Positions 48,440-60,849 of a stretch of 64,000 nucleotides of DNA are shown here, one piece after another. The position numbers were made by a program, and so were the translations under genes. The stretch's first letter is position 1. The number at the start of each line of letters is the position of its first letter. The notes beneath the pieces were generated by a model. That model was not told the origin of the DNA, made no database searches, and worked only from the letters and a program-made list of their open reading frames with translations. The stretch comes from Tubulanus polymorphus (Eukaryota > Animalia > Nemertea), in assembly GCF_964204645.1 (NCBI RefSeq), contig NC_134025.1, positions 20,063,101-20,127,100 of the forward strand, given 5' to 3'.

Positions 48440-50304
48440 TGTTGGGAGAGTTCTCGGTCCAACACCACGGGGTTTCGGGCTCACTCCACTGACAGTCGAT
48501 GGGGAGTGAGGAAGCGAGCGAGGACTGTATATGTTCTCGGACAGAAGCAAAGCAAAGGCTGGCCTGAAGCAGAAGCCAGGCGAGTCGTCAAGGTAGAAGC
48601 AAAGCCAGGCGGGTCACCGAGCAGAGGCGAATCTTTCTTCGAGTGATCTCAAAGCTTGGTGATATAGTCGACCTTCGTACATCATACAGGCAATCGTTTG
48701 CTGTGCGACACCGGTCACGGCTGACTGCAAGTGCATGATTTTCTCTGTGTTTGTAAGATCTGGTTGGTCGTCGATCAGTGCCTTAAACAAACCATACCAT
48801 TTCGGCCAATCGCTTGGATCACTGTCAAACTTGTGCAAATGTATCTTCGGTACGGACTTTGAGAATAGATGGTTCGATCTTCTGCCTTTATTGATTTGTT
48901 GGTTGCGGTTCGGCTGATATTCGGGTTGAGACGACATGGACCAGTCAGGCGGCGGTATAACGGGCTGCATCGGTGGCAGAGTTCAATCGGGCTGTGACAT
49001 CGGCAGGATTCTATCGGGCTGCGATGTAGGCAGGATTCTATCGGGCTGCGACATAGGCAGGATTCTATTGGGCTGCGGCATAGGCAGGATTCTATCGGGC
49101 TGCGACATCAGCGCAATTCTGTCGGGCTGTGACATCAGGCTGCATTTCGTCGTCAAAGTCGTGTAGGCGATCAGCGTTTAAGACATCTGCGTCTTGGAGG
49201 CTGGCTTCTAGCGCGGCGGCGTCGGCTTCGTCTTGAGCCTGGGCTAGCTTGGCTTGACGAGTGAGTTCATCTTGTTGACGTTCTATTTCGAGGCGACGTC
49301 TCAGTTGTTTTACATCAAGGGCCTTCTTCTGAGCACGTACGGTGGTCGCTCGTGAATGCTAGCGACCATCTGTGTGTGCGTCTCTTCGATTTCGGTGACG
49401 TATTTCTCTGCGGCAGCGGTCTCAGTTTCATTGTTGAGGCTGTCGATGTACGTGTCGTTGGCTATCGCGACATTTTCTAAGGCGTCTGCTAACTTCTGGA
49501 CCAGTGACACCAACTGGGTTCGGCTGCCTCGAACTTTGATCAGTGTGGTTGCTTGGTTGCAGATCTGGGTAAGCGTTGCTTTTCTGTAGCCTCTGGTGGT
49601 CTTCAGTTTTCTGATTTCTTCGGTCATCTTCGTCGTCTTCTCGAGGGACCAGTTAATGTTGGGAGAGTTCTCGGTCCAACACCACGGGGTTTCGGGCTCA
49701 CTCCACTGACAGTGGATGGGGAGTGAGGAAGCGAGCGAGGAGGACTCTATATGTTCTCGGACAGAAGCAAAGCAACGGCCGGGCTGAAGCAGAAGCCAGG
49801 CGAGTCATCAAGGTAGAAGCAAAGCCAGGCGGGTAACCGGGCAGAGGCAAAATTAGCGAATCGGCCAGAGTCAACCGCGTTCCCTGGTTGAAACAGCAAA
49901 AGCGAGGCAGAGGCGTCATCCTGTCCCTTGAAGCAGCAAAGCGAGGCAAAGTCGTCGTCCTGTCCCTTGGTCATGAAATGACTAAAACTGCAAGACTTTC
50001 TTCAGATTATAGCGATCTATTTGGCGGAGAGACGTGCACCATCAGGCTTACAAAGATGAACTGTCTTTACAAAAATTTGCTACGGCTTTTATACAAAAAT
50101 CGGCTGGGAACTAATTATGATTACAATCTGATGGAAATGTTACAAACTTAGTAGAGAACAGACACAGTCTTACACTCGTTAAAACAAAAATTATACATGT
50201 GTTAACGATTATGATATGCGAGTTCATACGCGATCTCGGTGGCAACCAGGTCCACGCGGACTGTAGCCATCTGGCTTTGATAAACTGTTGTAACCGTTAC
50301 AACA
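48440..50304 (-). mobile_element. Internally deleted BEL/Pao LTR retrotransposon
   Basis: TG..CA termini; 5-bp TSD ATTAT (48435-48439, 50305-50309); full 5' LTR 49657-50304; PBS-like TGGTCCCTCGAG; gag with KFDSDPSDWPKW...EKIMHLQSAVTG...LEERF; only ~190 bp of the 3' LTR remain. Confidence 0.9.
48958..49142. repeat. 27-bp minisatellite inside the BEL gag (RILPMSQPD-like units)
   Basis: ATCGGGCTGCGACATAGGCAGGATTCT, about 6-7 copies. Confidence 0.9.
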
Positions 50305-50309
50305 ATTAT

Positions 50310-50850
50310 ATTCGTACCTTTGCATATTTTGCTACCACAATCAATCAGAAAGTTGTAGCTCATGACATGGTCTATAATTGTGGTGAGTTTCAAGGTCGTT
50401 TTTGCATATGGCCACCAGGGGGTGTTAAACAATACAATAATTTAGTATTTCTATATTAAATTCGCACCTATGCATATTTGTTACCACAATCAATTGAAAA
50501 GTTGTATCCCATGATATGGTCTATGATTGTGGTGAGTTTCAAGGACATCTATATGGCCACTAGGGGGCGTTGAAAAGTAGAATAACTTAGTATTTCCTTA
50601 TAATATTGGTACCTAGGCAAATTTGGTAACCATGATCAATTGCAAAGTTGTAGCTCATGACATGTGCTATGATTATGGTGGGTTTCAAGGTTGGCCTTTG
50701 CATATGGTCACCAGGGGGTATTGAATGGTAGAATAACTTAGTATTTCCATATCATAATGGTAACTAGGCATATTTTGAAACCGCAATCAATTTCAAAATT
50801 GTAGCTGCTGACCTGTTCTATGATTGTGGTGAGTTTCAAGGTCATTGGAT
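50310..50850. repeat. ~150-bp diverged tandem repeat, ~3.6 copies
   Basis: Recurring AAAGTTGTAGCTCATGACATG..CTATGATTGTGGTGAGTTTCAAGG and AATAACTTAGTATTTC. Confidence 0.9.
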
Positions 50851-51056
50851 GGGGCTTTGAAAATTGAAATTGTTAGATTGTTGAGCATTTGAAACCACTC
50901 CCCAATTGGGCATGGTGTCCCTGGACCCCTAGATTATTATCCAGATGCTAGAAATCGTTCTTATTAGATGAAAGTTCTAATGATGTGATAATCAACTGCA
51001 CATCATTTAGTAGAGATTGTACAGATTTCCTGAGCTCGGAAGATTCAGACAGAAAA

Positions 51057-51081
51057 GTTGTTGTTGTTGTTGTTGTTGTTG

Positions 51082-51152
<71 letters not shown>
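51057..51152. repeat. (GTT)n microsatellite
   Basis: About 32 GTT units with one interruption. Confidence 0.98.
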
Positions 51153-51153
<1 letters not shown>

Positions 51154-51239
51154 CCTGGACTGAAGGAACTAGATCAGTGACTGATTCTTCTAAATCTTTT
51201 TACACCTCATTTTTGTCAATTTGATCAGTAGCCGTCGCT

Positions 51240-52022
51240 TAACCACAATTCGAACACGGCTTTATTAAATGAGGGACTAACCCTTCGGTTTTGTAGCAAC
51301 TACTTAACTGGCAGAATGTTTCTTTTTAATTGCACATTTATCCGATAACGCACTGTTCAATTGTTGTACACTGTTTAATAACGCAACAAATTCATGAGCT
51401 CCACATGCACAGATAATTCCTCTGAATGGTAATAGTGGCTGTAGTCGGAAATATATGTATAGTGTAGATATGTTCAGGATTGTCATGGTTAGTGCTCGAT
51501 ATCTGCACCAAAATATCACCGGGTTTTATCTCCCGTCTTATTATCAGTCCAGTTAACAATAAATACATTCCATTTATTTCAAGGCCAGAGTAATTAATAC
51601 CTGTAAGCTATTGCTTGGATCCAATAAAGCATTCTATCGGGCGATGTCTTGAATGCTAACATCTTGGCACTAGGATCGTACAGGCCACGATTAATCGATT
51701 CAAATTCAGCATTCGCCGATTTACCCTTGGACTTCTCTGGCTTAGCTGGTATTTTGGACTCGTACAACAACTTCAAGTTGGCCATCACACTTTTCGTTTA
51801 AGGGTGTTTCATCGGATTTAGTATCGAGAAACCCAGCCAGTTGTTCTGAAATATCAGACTGATTGGAGTCCACTGGTATCGTACCTGTAAATTTAGCATT
51901 ACAAACACTATCACATTCGTAGTGCTAGCACTAAGAAAACTCGAATCACTATCGCAGTCAGAGAATGAATAGTCTGCCCATGAATCAACAACGCTGGAAG
52001 TACCATTTACTGGCGCTGCCAT
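51240..52022 (-). mobile_element. LINE ORF1 N-terminal fragment related to 45448-46023
   Basis: FKTSPDRMLYWIQAIAYRY resembles QKTSADRLLRWIGALLSRYY, and HEFVALLNSV resembles IEFPALLQLV. Confidence 0.55.
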
Positions 52023-52604
52023 CTTTGAAACACTCGAGTAGGCCGACTTGAAAATATATAGACTACGATACCGTCATGAATGTCTCTTTTTTGAGTTCAG
52101 GCACAATTCTAATATGTTTAAAAATTACAGTCTAGCGGAGACGGTAACTTCATTCATATATTCATGAAAAAAGGTAAAACAATAGACTGTAATTCAAAAA
52201 TTACCGCCTCAATGCGCCACTTATCACATGACACTTAATAAACTGAAACAAGTGAATTTTTTGACAACAGGAATTTTGTCTGGTACAACACTGTTCTGAA
52301 CATATATATACGTGTACTGTCCTGAACAACACGACTGGTATCATCATTTAATTAGTCCCTGTTTCAATTCGTATCACAGAATTTCTCTAAAACTCAGGGA
52401 TGTGATAGTTAACATCCATAGGTATCTGCACAAGCCTAATTGCCTTCATATCTATCCAAATTTAACAGAAAAATAGTTGATGTAATATCTGAATTGCTTA
52501 GAATTTCCATCAACAAAGAATCAAAGGATTATGATGTCCAACAGATAGTACAGTTTTACACAATCTACCTAACTAAAAATGAACATGATAACATATTAAG
52601 TTGT

Positions 52605-53819
52605 TACCTTGCTCTTCAGGGTTGTGTTGTTCTGACATAGCTGTTACCACTAAAGAATTTCCATCAATAGATGTCCGCAACTTTACAAAATATGAACAAT
52701 CTTGTTTGAGGGTCCTGAAAGAGAAAATAACATAACATTCATTCAGTATATATTCAGTGGCAAATCTGAAGAAATCATTTGTGTTCTTTTTTTGTTAGGA
52801 TCAACTGTGTTGATCCTTATAGAATGGTCCTGAGTAACTTTCTGTTAGCTCTTGGTGGCACAAATTGTAACCACTGGATATACGCAGCTGATTTTTTGTC
52901 ATTAGGTGGGAAATAGATGGTGGAATTGATATGGTTTCGTCCATCAGCTCTTAGCTGTTTGGAAGTACTGGGAGATAATGTGAAAAGTTTCAATACATTT
53001 TTTCCCATTCTACTAATTGATGCTTGACCTAGTTTTATGCCCTTCAGAAGGGCATCACTTGGATATACCTCTAGAAAGGCTTTCCCAGTGATATCATCAT
53101 AGAGAACTGTTCTACCATGTACTTCTGACCCATAGGGAAAACCCATTACTATGTATATCAACTAACATGAACATGCTTACTATACAGTGCACTATGATGA
53201 TATCATCTTTATCGGCTGTTCATACGTAATTGCAAATCAAAAAGAACAAATCGATTTCTGTGCTCAAAACTCAAATGGACTCAGTTGATTCTACTGGACC
53301 CATGATCCTTTATTGTAAATTTTGACTACAGTACGTGATGGCTAAAAACTGTAACGTGAAACTGTTTGTTGTGTTACTTAAGTAGTTAGGCTGATACATA
53401 TCATTATTTCACATATTGCACACTTTTACAACTAACCTCTTATTGGGACAATTGCCATGAATTAGCAAGTCGTTCAGTAAGGGATTAAAATGTCTTTTAG
53501 GAGCCCGTTTTTGAAGAGCAACTATCGACCGGGAGCTTCAAATATATATCTTTACGAAATTTGATGTTTCATAGTGCTCGATTGCTTCTTTAATGTCTTC
53601 ATTACTTGAAAAACCTGCGGTTTTTACTTACAACGTTGCCACCTCAGCCGCCATTTTCGTTCATTACTGCTGCACTGTGCCATGTGACTGTGTATCTGCA
53701 TATGGCACGGTAGTCCATACAGTTCCTAGTTTGGTATGAAAAGCCTCCAGAATAATCTCTACAGGTGTATGAATAGCCTCCAGATTTAACCGTACGGATC
53801 CGTAAGAATAGCCACTTTG
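52605..53819 (-). mobile_element. Diverged partial copy of the MULE at 31075-38943 (5' TIR and first exon)
   Basis: 52605-52725 matches 38603-38725; 53663-53819 matches 38793-38943, ending GAATAGCCACTTTG. Confidence 0.75.
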
Positions 53820-54099
53820 ATAAAAGTAATCAAAAGAACTAGATTAAAGTGGTCGACCTACCCCATATTTTAATTCACATGTCACTCGTGTCCATGTGTA
53901 ATCATGACTCAAGCGATTCACACTATAGGAAGATATTGTTTATATAAATTGTTTATAAGGGAAAATTTCTGTGTCGCCATGACTGTGTACGACAAATGCC
54001 TTACAAATTTAGATTGAGCATCTTCCTAAAGGCCAAGGTAATTCATAAATTTTGATAAGTTCGAAAACCAGTCAGTGCGTTAGTAGCGCGTGAACTGCA

Positions 54100-54945
54100 C
54101 ATTCCATGACCAATGGTATGATGCTCAAAACACATCCCTGTTTAACGCCAACAGTTGAAATTATGGGTTCCGAACAAAAAACCGTTACTTTTGAAAGAGT
54201 ACCATGCTTCAGAATACATGTCACGAAGTAAGGGTAACAGGTTTCCACCAATATTTATCAGCAGTTCATAGACAAATGCGTTACGAGGAATCGAAGCTTC
54301 TGGATATCTTTAGTCTTTAAATCGTCCATCAATGGGTTGATCTTTGCGTCGCTTTTGGCTAATGTCTCCAACTATACAGTTTCCAACTACTATGGAACAA
54401 ATCATTATTTGATTTTTCAAGCCGATCGATAAGATTGTTTTTAATATTTCGGATTCTGGAAATTGCACAGCCTTATCAGTTAATCGTTCATTTCATGTAG
54501 CACTGAAACGAGGGCATCATCAACACTGCGACTGGGTGTATCTGTACACTTACTTGCATCGGACAATTTTATCCGTGCCGAGGTGTCAAGTTTGCACATG
54601 CATGGACGGAGAGATTGATTTTGGACAGTCAACATATTTTGCGGTGTAGTATAGAAAGTCCGAATCGATGTCCGTACAATTCAGTGATACATTCGAATTT
54701 CCTACCGGTCGAGTGGAAGGCTGGTAGTTCTGAACAGTGGTAATGAATCCATTCTTGATCAAAAAATTTGCTGCATCGTTTATGTAAGCAAAGCTCTAGG
54801 GGAGATCATTTGAATAACCTTCAGTTACCTCTTTGCATCATCTTTTAAAATGTTTTATGGTAAAGTATTCTTTTCTCCCAAACTTAAGTTAATTTTAGCG
54901 CAGCGATGATGAGAACATGACGTCTATAGGCGTTGCCATCTTCAA
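54100..54945 (-). mobile_element. Highly degraded second viroplasmin-PHD ORF1
   Basis: The minus strand reads CKEVTEGYSN...SFAYINDAANFL and QEWIHYHCSELPAF..TGRKFECI. Confidence 0.5.
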
Positions 54946-57305
54946 TCTCAGAAAACTCTTCAAGTATGCCGGTCATCTAGCGCCAACAACTGACAAAGTC
55001 ATAAATAGCTCGTTCATAGCTCAAAAAGTCCTTTGGCATGGTACATTTTGTATATTTAAATATAGGGAAAGACACCATTTTCTCGTTTGTAAAAATACAA
55101 ATCTCTAACCATAATCTTGGACAGAAAGAAGCTGGTTCCGCAGTGGCGAAATATAGATGCAAGCACTGTTTTCTCACACCGGTGACGAGGTTCACTTTCA
55201 ATTCTCTTGATTGTGGTTAGATGAAATCAGAGGAAGACATCTCTTTTAACATCGTTTATTGTTAATTTTGATAATTATTATAACCCAGATATAGGTATCT
55301 TGTCGTTGACCTCGAAGGATATGGATATTCTTATCCCCAGGTTATACTAAACATCGTCAGGAAATCAGAATATAGTTTTGAGTAAATAATATAATGATTG
55401 TTAAGTTGAACTAAGAAAGTTCTGCAGAATAGCGTCTATTGAAACTTGGTAAGAGGACCCGCTAATTGAAAGATTAACTATCCTTAAAGATTAACTATTG
55501 TAGATGTCTTAGAAAATTAAAAAGATTCTCCTTGGCAAAAAAAATAACTTACAGCTCTCGGTTTTTGTGCACTATCCTCCATTTCTAATCCCACAAGTTC
55601 AAGTTTCAAGTTTGTTTATTCATTATAATCACATGACATGATCGTCAATGAACAGCGGATTAGAAGAAAACAATATAATACATATATACAATACTAGGAT
55701 TACAAAAATATTTACAGGAAAGAGTGCATAGGACATAGCGTACTGTACAATATAAGTCAAGCATAAAATTAAACATAATATTCAAATCCCGATTGGATAT
55801 ACTTTCCCAAATTTACCAATTCTGATTGACTACCTATATCATTAAAAATTCTATTTATATCATTTACATCACCAATTTCCAAATCAAATTTCGTCCTGAG
55901 ACAGTCGAATTTCCTACACGATAAGATGAAGTGCTGCTCGTCTTCCACACAGTTACATATATCACAAAGTCTGTTTTCTCTACTCAATCCCAGGTGTCTG
56001 CCTTTTTCTATCATCAGTCGATGGGATGAGGTACGTAGTTTGGCAATTGCACTCCTAATATTAAAATTCTTTACAACCAATAAGTAGTTTTCTAGTTGGT
56101 AGGACTGTTTAATCGTATTATAAAAAGATAATTTGTTATGACTATGAGAGCCGCTGCGCTGAGAAACTATTCCAGAAGTTGCTTTTAAGAATACCTGGTA
56201 ACAATTCTCAGAACAAGGACATATCAGGATCCCTGTGGTTTCTATCACTCAGCCTTACGAGTAATTGAGGTCAAGCGACTACTGCATTCAAGAGTGAATA
56301 ATATACCATCAACTGGCCATTCATTAAAGGATATAAAATTCCAATTTTTATAATTTTACAAAATCCTTTCTTGGATTTTTAGTTTCATTTTGGGAATAAT
56401 CATGTCATGTGGCAAATTCAATCTGATTGATTTTGTACATCTATTAACTCCTCAGAGTGTGAGCATATATAATCTGGAATCATCTCATGAGTCGAGTGGT
56501 GTTGTTTTGCTTGAAACACCATCTAAATATAATCTTTTAACTTGGAAATTGGTTTTGACACTTCATAATGTAAACACTGACTTCAGCATCCAGCAAAAAT
56601 ATTCACTCTTGAATGCAACAAGACTTCAAAACTGAATTTTCATTGCTTATTACTTCATTTTCTTGGATTAAGTGTGGAAAAGTTTTGCTCTTTATTCACT
56701 CTTGCCTGTAACCATAGCAACAAGCAGCTGGGGTCCAGCGAGTCAGCGATGCTCATGGTGAGTTTGACCACTTAAAGCTGTCAGTATCAATTAAATTGTT
56801 GTTGATACTGGCTCTTTGAGAGTGAAATGCCGCGGTCATAACCACTGGGATAGACTTTAGTTGGGGTGCTGGAACATGTTAATATTTGACTACAAACAAC
56901 GTGAACCATATGGGTTATTCTTAATTAGCAATTTACATGGGCCTCAATGCCTAATACAGGACCTGGTCATTCTTGATTTAGCCAAGTAAGTACGAATAGA
57001 CCAATAAAAGTTTGGGTCTATATTTGCTAACAGTGATAAGATTAATTGCGAAATTACGCTGACGTTACACTTGCTTGTCAATTGAATACAATTTGATTGT
57101 AATTAAAATTTGATTTTGAAGTATACCCTAGATCCTATTGTTGAATTGGCCATTTGATCTATTGCTGATTAACTAGCGCGTCCCTTTGAAAAAGGTATCG
57201 ACAAAAATTCTATTTTTTCATAATCGCTTGCCTAGTTTCCCGTGATAGCACTTTTTGGTCCAAAAGTTTATTTCCCTTCTTTTGTGTTTAACATTGTATG
57301 ATTAG

Positions 57306-58050
57306 TTACATGAGATTGTTTTTCTTATGGATCATTGTTTTTATTTTCTTCATGCTTTCGGCATGCTGCATGCTGGCTGGGGTTTTTGGGTTTTTCTTTC
57401 CATAAAAGCATATGAGCGGAATGGTCAAATTGTATACGATAGGTGCATGAACAACATATAGCTGCGTGAAACCAGGTGGAACCATGGCAAAGCAACCATC
57501 CATCATCCATTGTCTTGCAGCTGACAAAAAACTGACATGCTCATCAGTTCCAAAATCAGAATTCTCAAATTTGATTGAGGGCCATCATCATAAAACAGAT
57601 ATTCCTGCCAGTTGGGACCATCAGTATTTTAACCACAGGCCATCTTCAGGAATCACTAACTTTTGCAGTGTATTTGACTGAGGTGGAAATTCATGGATTC
57701 TGTTGTTTCGGATTGTCCGCTTTATAGCATTGTGCTTCTATAGTAAATGCATTTGGTTATTGAAGTGCTGTTGCAAGAATATTTTCAGGGTGGTCATTGC
57801 TATTCTGTGTATTTGTTATGATAGTGTATCTTGCTTTTGTGACAGACACTTCGATACTCGACGGGTTGTGGTTGTATTCTCTAGTTATCTCTGGTTCATT
57901 TTATTCGCATTCCACCCTTGCATACATTTGATGTCCTCTTAACGCAGCGCCAGACAATGAAATTCTGACACCCTTTTGATAGCGTACATATATCCATCAA
58001 GACAGCTTCTCTCTGCCCTTGTTGGATTGTATTATCTCCATCATGTTTCT
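57306..58050 (-). mobile_element. FLYWCH-MULE transposase fragment
   Basis: LDGYMYAIKR...IVWRCVKR (FLYWCH-like) and WMMDGCFAMVPPGFTQLYVVH (MULE first D). Confidence 0.65.
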
Positions 58051-58995
58051 GTTGTTTTGCTGTGGTATGAGTATCTTTTGTTACAATAGTGTCTTTACCA
58101 TCACTCGCTGTTTGAATAGTCGAGTAACAATATCGTCTATCCTGAGAGTAACGTAGTCAATTAAGGGCTATCATTAGTTTCATCCGAGACCAACAAAGGG
58201 GAAAGTCTCGAAAGTAGTGTCCGAAGAATTCAATGAATATGACGAGAATGCGATGATGGTGCTTTTGGTAATTATTTGGAGGATCACATCAAGCATTTCT
58301 TTATACCACCATTCTCGTTATAACGTCTAAATAAGCCAGGTCCCGATGGTGGCGTTATAACAAGGTTTGACTGTGATTCAATTATTTGATTGTTGCTGTA
58401 CCACCACACCACACAACCATATAATAAAACAGGAACAACACACATGTCAAACAACTTAAACATTATATCATTTGGCAACATAAGCACTCTTCCCTTCTGT
58501 AAGACAGCGTACATAGCTTCCATGCCTCTATCATAATTATCTTTCTTTGCAACTACTAAACTCATTCCATGACAAAGTTACCCCTAAGTATTTATTATCC
58601 TCTACAATATCTAGTTCATTTTTGGCCGTTGTAAATTGAGGTAAATTTTTCAAATTTGCTTAAGAGCGTATAAATACTAGCACTTTTGTCTTTGCACAGT
58701 TAATAGCTAGCTTATTAAGTAGACAATAGTCGTGAAGTAGATGGATATTCTTTTGCAATTCTTCCTCACTTTCCACAAAATGATGGTGTCATCAGCATAT
58801 AACAACATTAAAAGCTAGAGTAAGCTTCTATGCCCATCATTATGCGTTTTAGAGTATATCGAAGAAATAAAGCGGAGAGAGCCACCATTATTTGCTTTAA
58901 AGAATTCCTCTAAATCATTAAGGAAAAGAGCGAAAAGAATTGCAGATGGACTTTCGCCTTGTTTGACTCCACCTCCAAGTGAAAGTATGCTGTAT

Positions 58996-59139
58996 CAGGG
59001 GCTGGTTTCATAGTTGAGACTTAAGTCCAAAAGTGGTCTTAAATCTTATGACTGGTCATAAGCTGTTAGAAAAGCTATAGAACTAAGATAGTCTTAGACT
59101 GGTCCTAAGTCTAAGTCATGACTATCGAACCGGCCCCTG
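58996..59139. mobile_element. Harbinger-like MITE
   Basis: Inverted ends CAGGGGCTGGTTTCATAG / CTATCGAACCGGCCCCTG. Confidence 0.65.
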
Positions 59140-60849
59140 ATATTCTACCCTGGAATGATACACTTGATTTGGTCTGCTTATACATATCCACATTAAGCCC
59201 CTTCAATACCAACCATTGTCGAGGCATTATAACCTTATCATTTCATCCACAATCACAAACCTTAGATTGCTACTCATTTTCATTTTAGATTAGCCTTCAC
59301 TTAGAAATACAACTTTTAAATCAACAATTTCACCACGTGCTCACTGTTATCGTTCATGTGTGCAGGTGCATGTTTTTGACATCATCTCTCTTGATGCACC
59401 AGATTCCAGTCATTCACAAAACATTTCTAAAGTATTTGATCCTTTTGGCAGATTTTTTGAATTAATGAAATCTTAACTATTGTATGCTGTTGTTGCCAGC
59501 ATAAATGACATGATAAACATATATTAGTTGGTGAACTATGAAGCCATGATTCAAGTGAACAAATGATAATGATTTCATCAATTATATAAATGCCACAACG
59601 TACTGAGAGCACACACGTGCTTGTGTTTAGCACAAAGATACCGTTCAAAATGGCGCCAACTGCAAATTAAAGGTGAACTCCATAACCCCAGTGAAAACTA
59701 AAAAATGACTTATTTTGGGATAATCTGCAATCTTCCTCCATCAGTCACATCACGGGTTGATACCATGGGCATTCCATTTAGATCACAAAAAGTACAATTC
59801 AATCGGCATGTGCCCTTTAATCACAACCTAATCATAATGTAATATTCCATAAAAACTGTTTCTTGTACGCTCACCCTACACTTTACAGGGTACCGGTACC
59901 TCAATGCATCAGACACAGACACCCCTGGAGCATGCAAATACCTGCTCCTAACCCCATTGTCCACATCTAGATCCTTCGTCTAAAATATCTGCAAATACAT
60001 CAATGACATACCAGTTATCAAAACCACCGTTGCCAAACTCATTATGTTATTCACTACCACCAGAGCTATATACATCTAACAGACATGCTAGGAACATTCC
60101 TGGTCCATTGAATCTTATTGCTCGTACAGCGTTCACGGAGTGGGAAAGAAGTATGAAAAGACCTTTAGGTCACACAATCACGAGGCCGACAAAAAAGATA
60201 ACTCAGAACATCACAAAAAAACGTTAAAAATTCCGAGCCCCGGCCTTGACTAAATACTATCATCTGGCAATGATTCATTTCACGATAACGGTCAAGAGCG
60301 GTAAACCAAAAAACGGATCTCCAACAGTAAGCCCAAACAGTCACACTACAACACCTCCTGCTCCAGACCCCGTGATTGTGGGACCTATAGTTACATATCT
60401 CAAATTCATTGATGTAGGATATCAGGAGAATGAGAAGTTCATAAGTGGTCGATGGGGATTATTACACGGAGCGAGCTCCAAAAATTATTCCTTTCGGTGT
60501 CATATAATTGACATCGAAGGGTGAAATGTTGCTCACTCAACAATTTGGCCTAAAGCACATAACCTGCAAATTCTATCCTTAGCTTTTTCCATCCATCAGC
60601 CTCGATTCTTAGATGGTGAGCGCTTTTTCATAACCATGCAGAAAACTTGCCGTTTGTAAAAAAAATTATATATGAGAGATATCTTTCGGGAGAGAAATTA
60701 TACTTGAAAATTATACTTTTTAAAAGTATCTGAACATTTTATTTCAGAGCTCGCTACACGCTTTCGACCTCGCAGTGGCACGCTTCTATCGTAAATTTGC
60801 CAGTATTAAGACCAAAATCATATATATATATCTTGCTCAGCATAGACTG

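Larger units (their letters stand above)
47696..50933. mobile_element. Helentron-associated non-autonomous element (HINE) with internal ~150-bp satellite, interrupted by an LTR element
   Basis: T-rich start; sub-TIR GCCCACTTGGG / CCCAATTGGGC; CGTC-type microsatellite at ~47747-47765; tandem units at 50310-50850; 3' stem GTCC-CT-GGAC then CTAG. The same 3' end is at ~22612-22645 and an inverted 5' end at ~38480-38568. Confidence 0.75.
55596..59200 (-). mobile_element. LINE ORF2 reverse transcriptase and 3' end, broken by later insertions
   Basis: GVKQGESPSAILFALFLNDL (~58970), LLYADDTI (~58800), KLFDMCVVPVLLYGC; C-terminal KLRTSSHRLMIEKGR..RLCDIC..VEDEQHFILSC (55769-56248); tail AATAAACAAACTTGAAACTTGAACTTG. 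Confidence 0.8.

Noticed and set aside
48936-49166. + strand ORF with GRILSGCDI repeats
   Set aside because: It is the antisense reading of the 27-bp minisatellite in the BEL gag.
50985-51224. ORF with poly-Val/poly-Leu resembling a membrane protein
   Set aside because: It is a translation of the (GTT)n microsatellite.
60003-60524. + strand ORFs that could break the strand-bias pattern
   Set aside because: No TE or host protein motif was recognised, so orientation cannot be assigned; should be rechecked by homology search.
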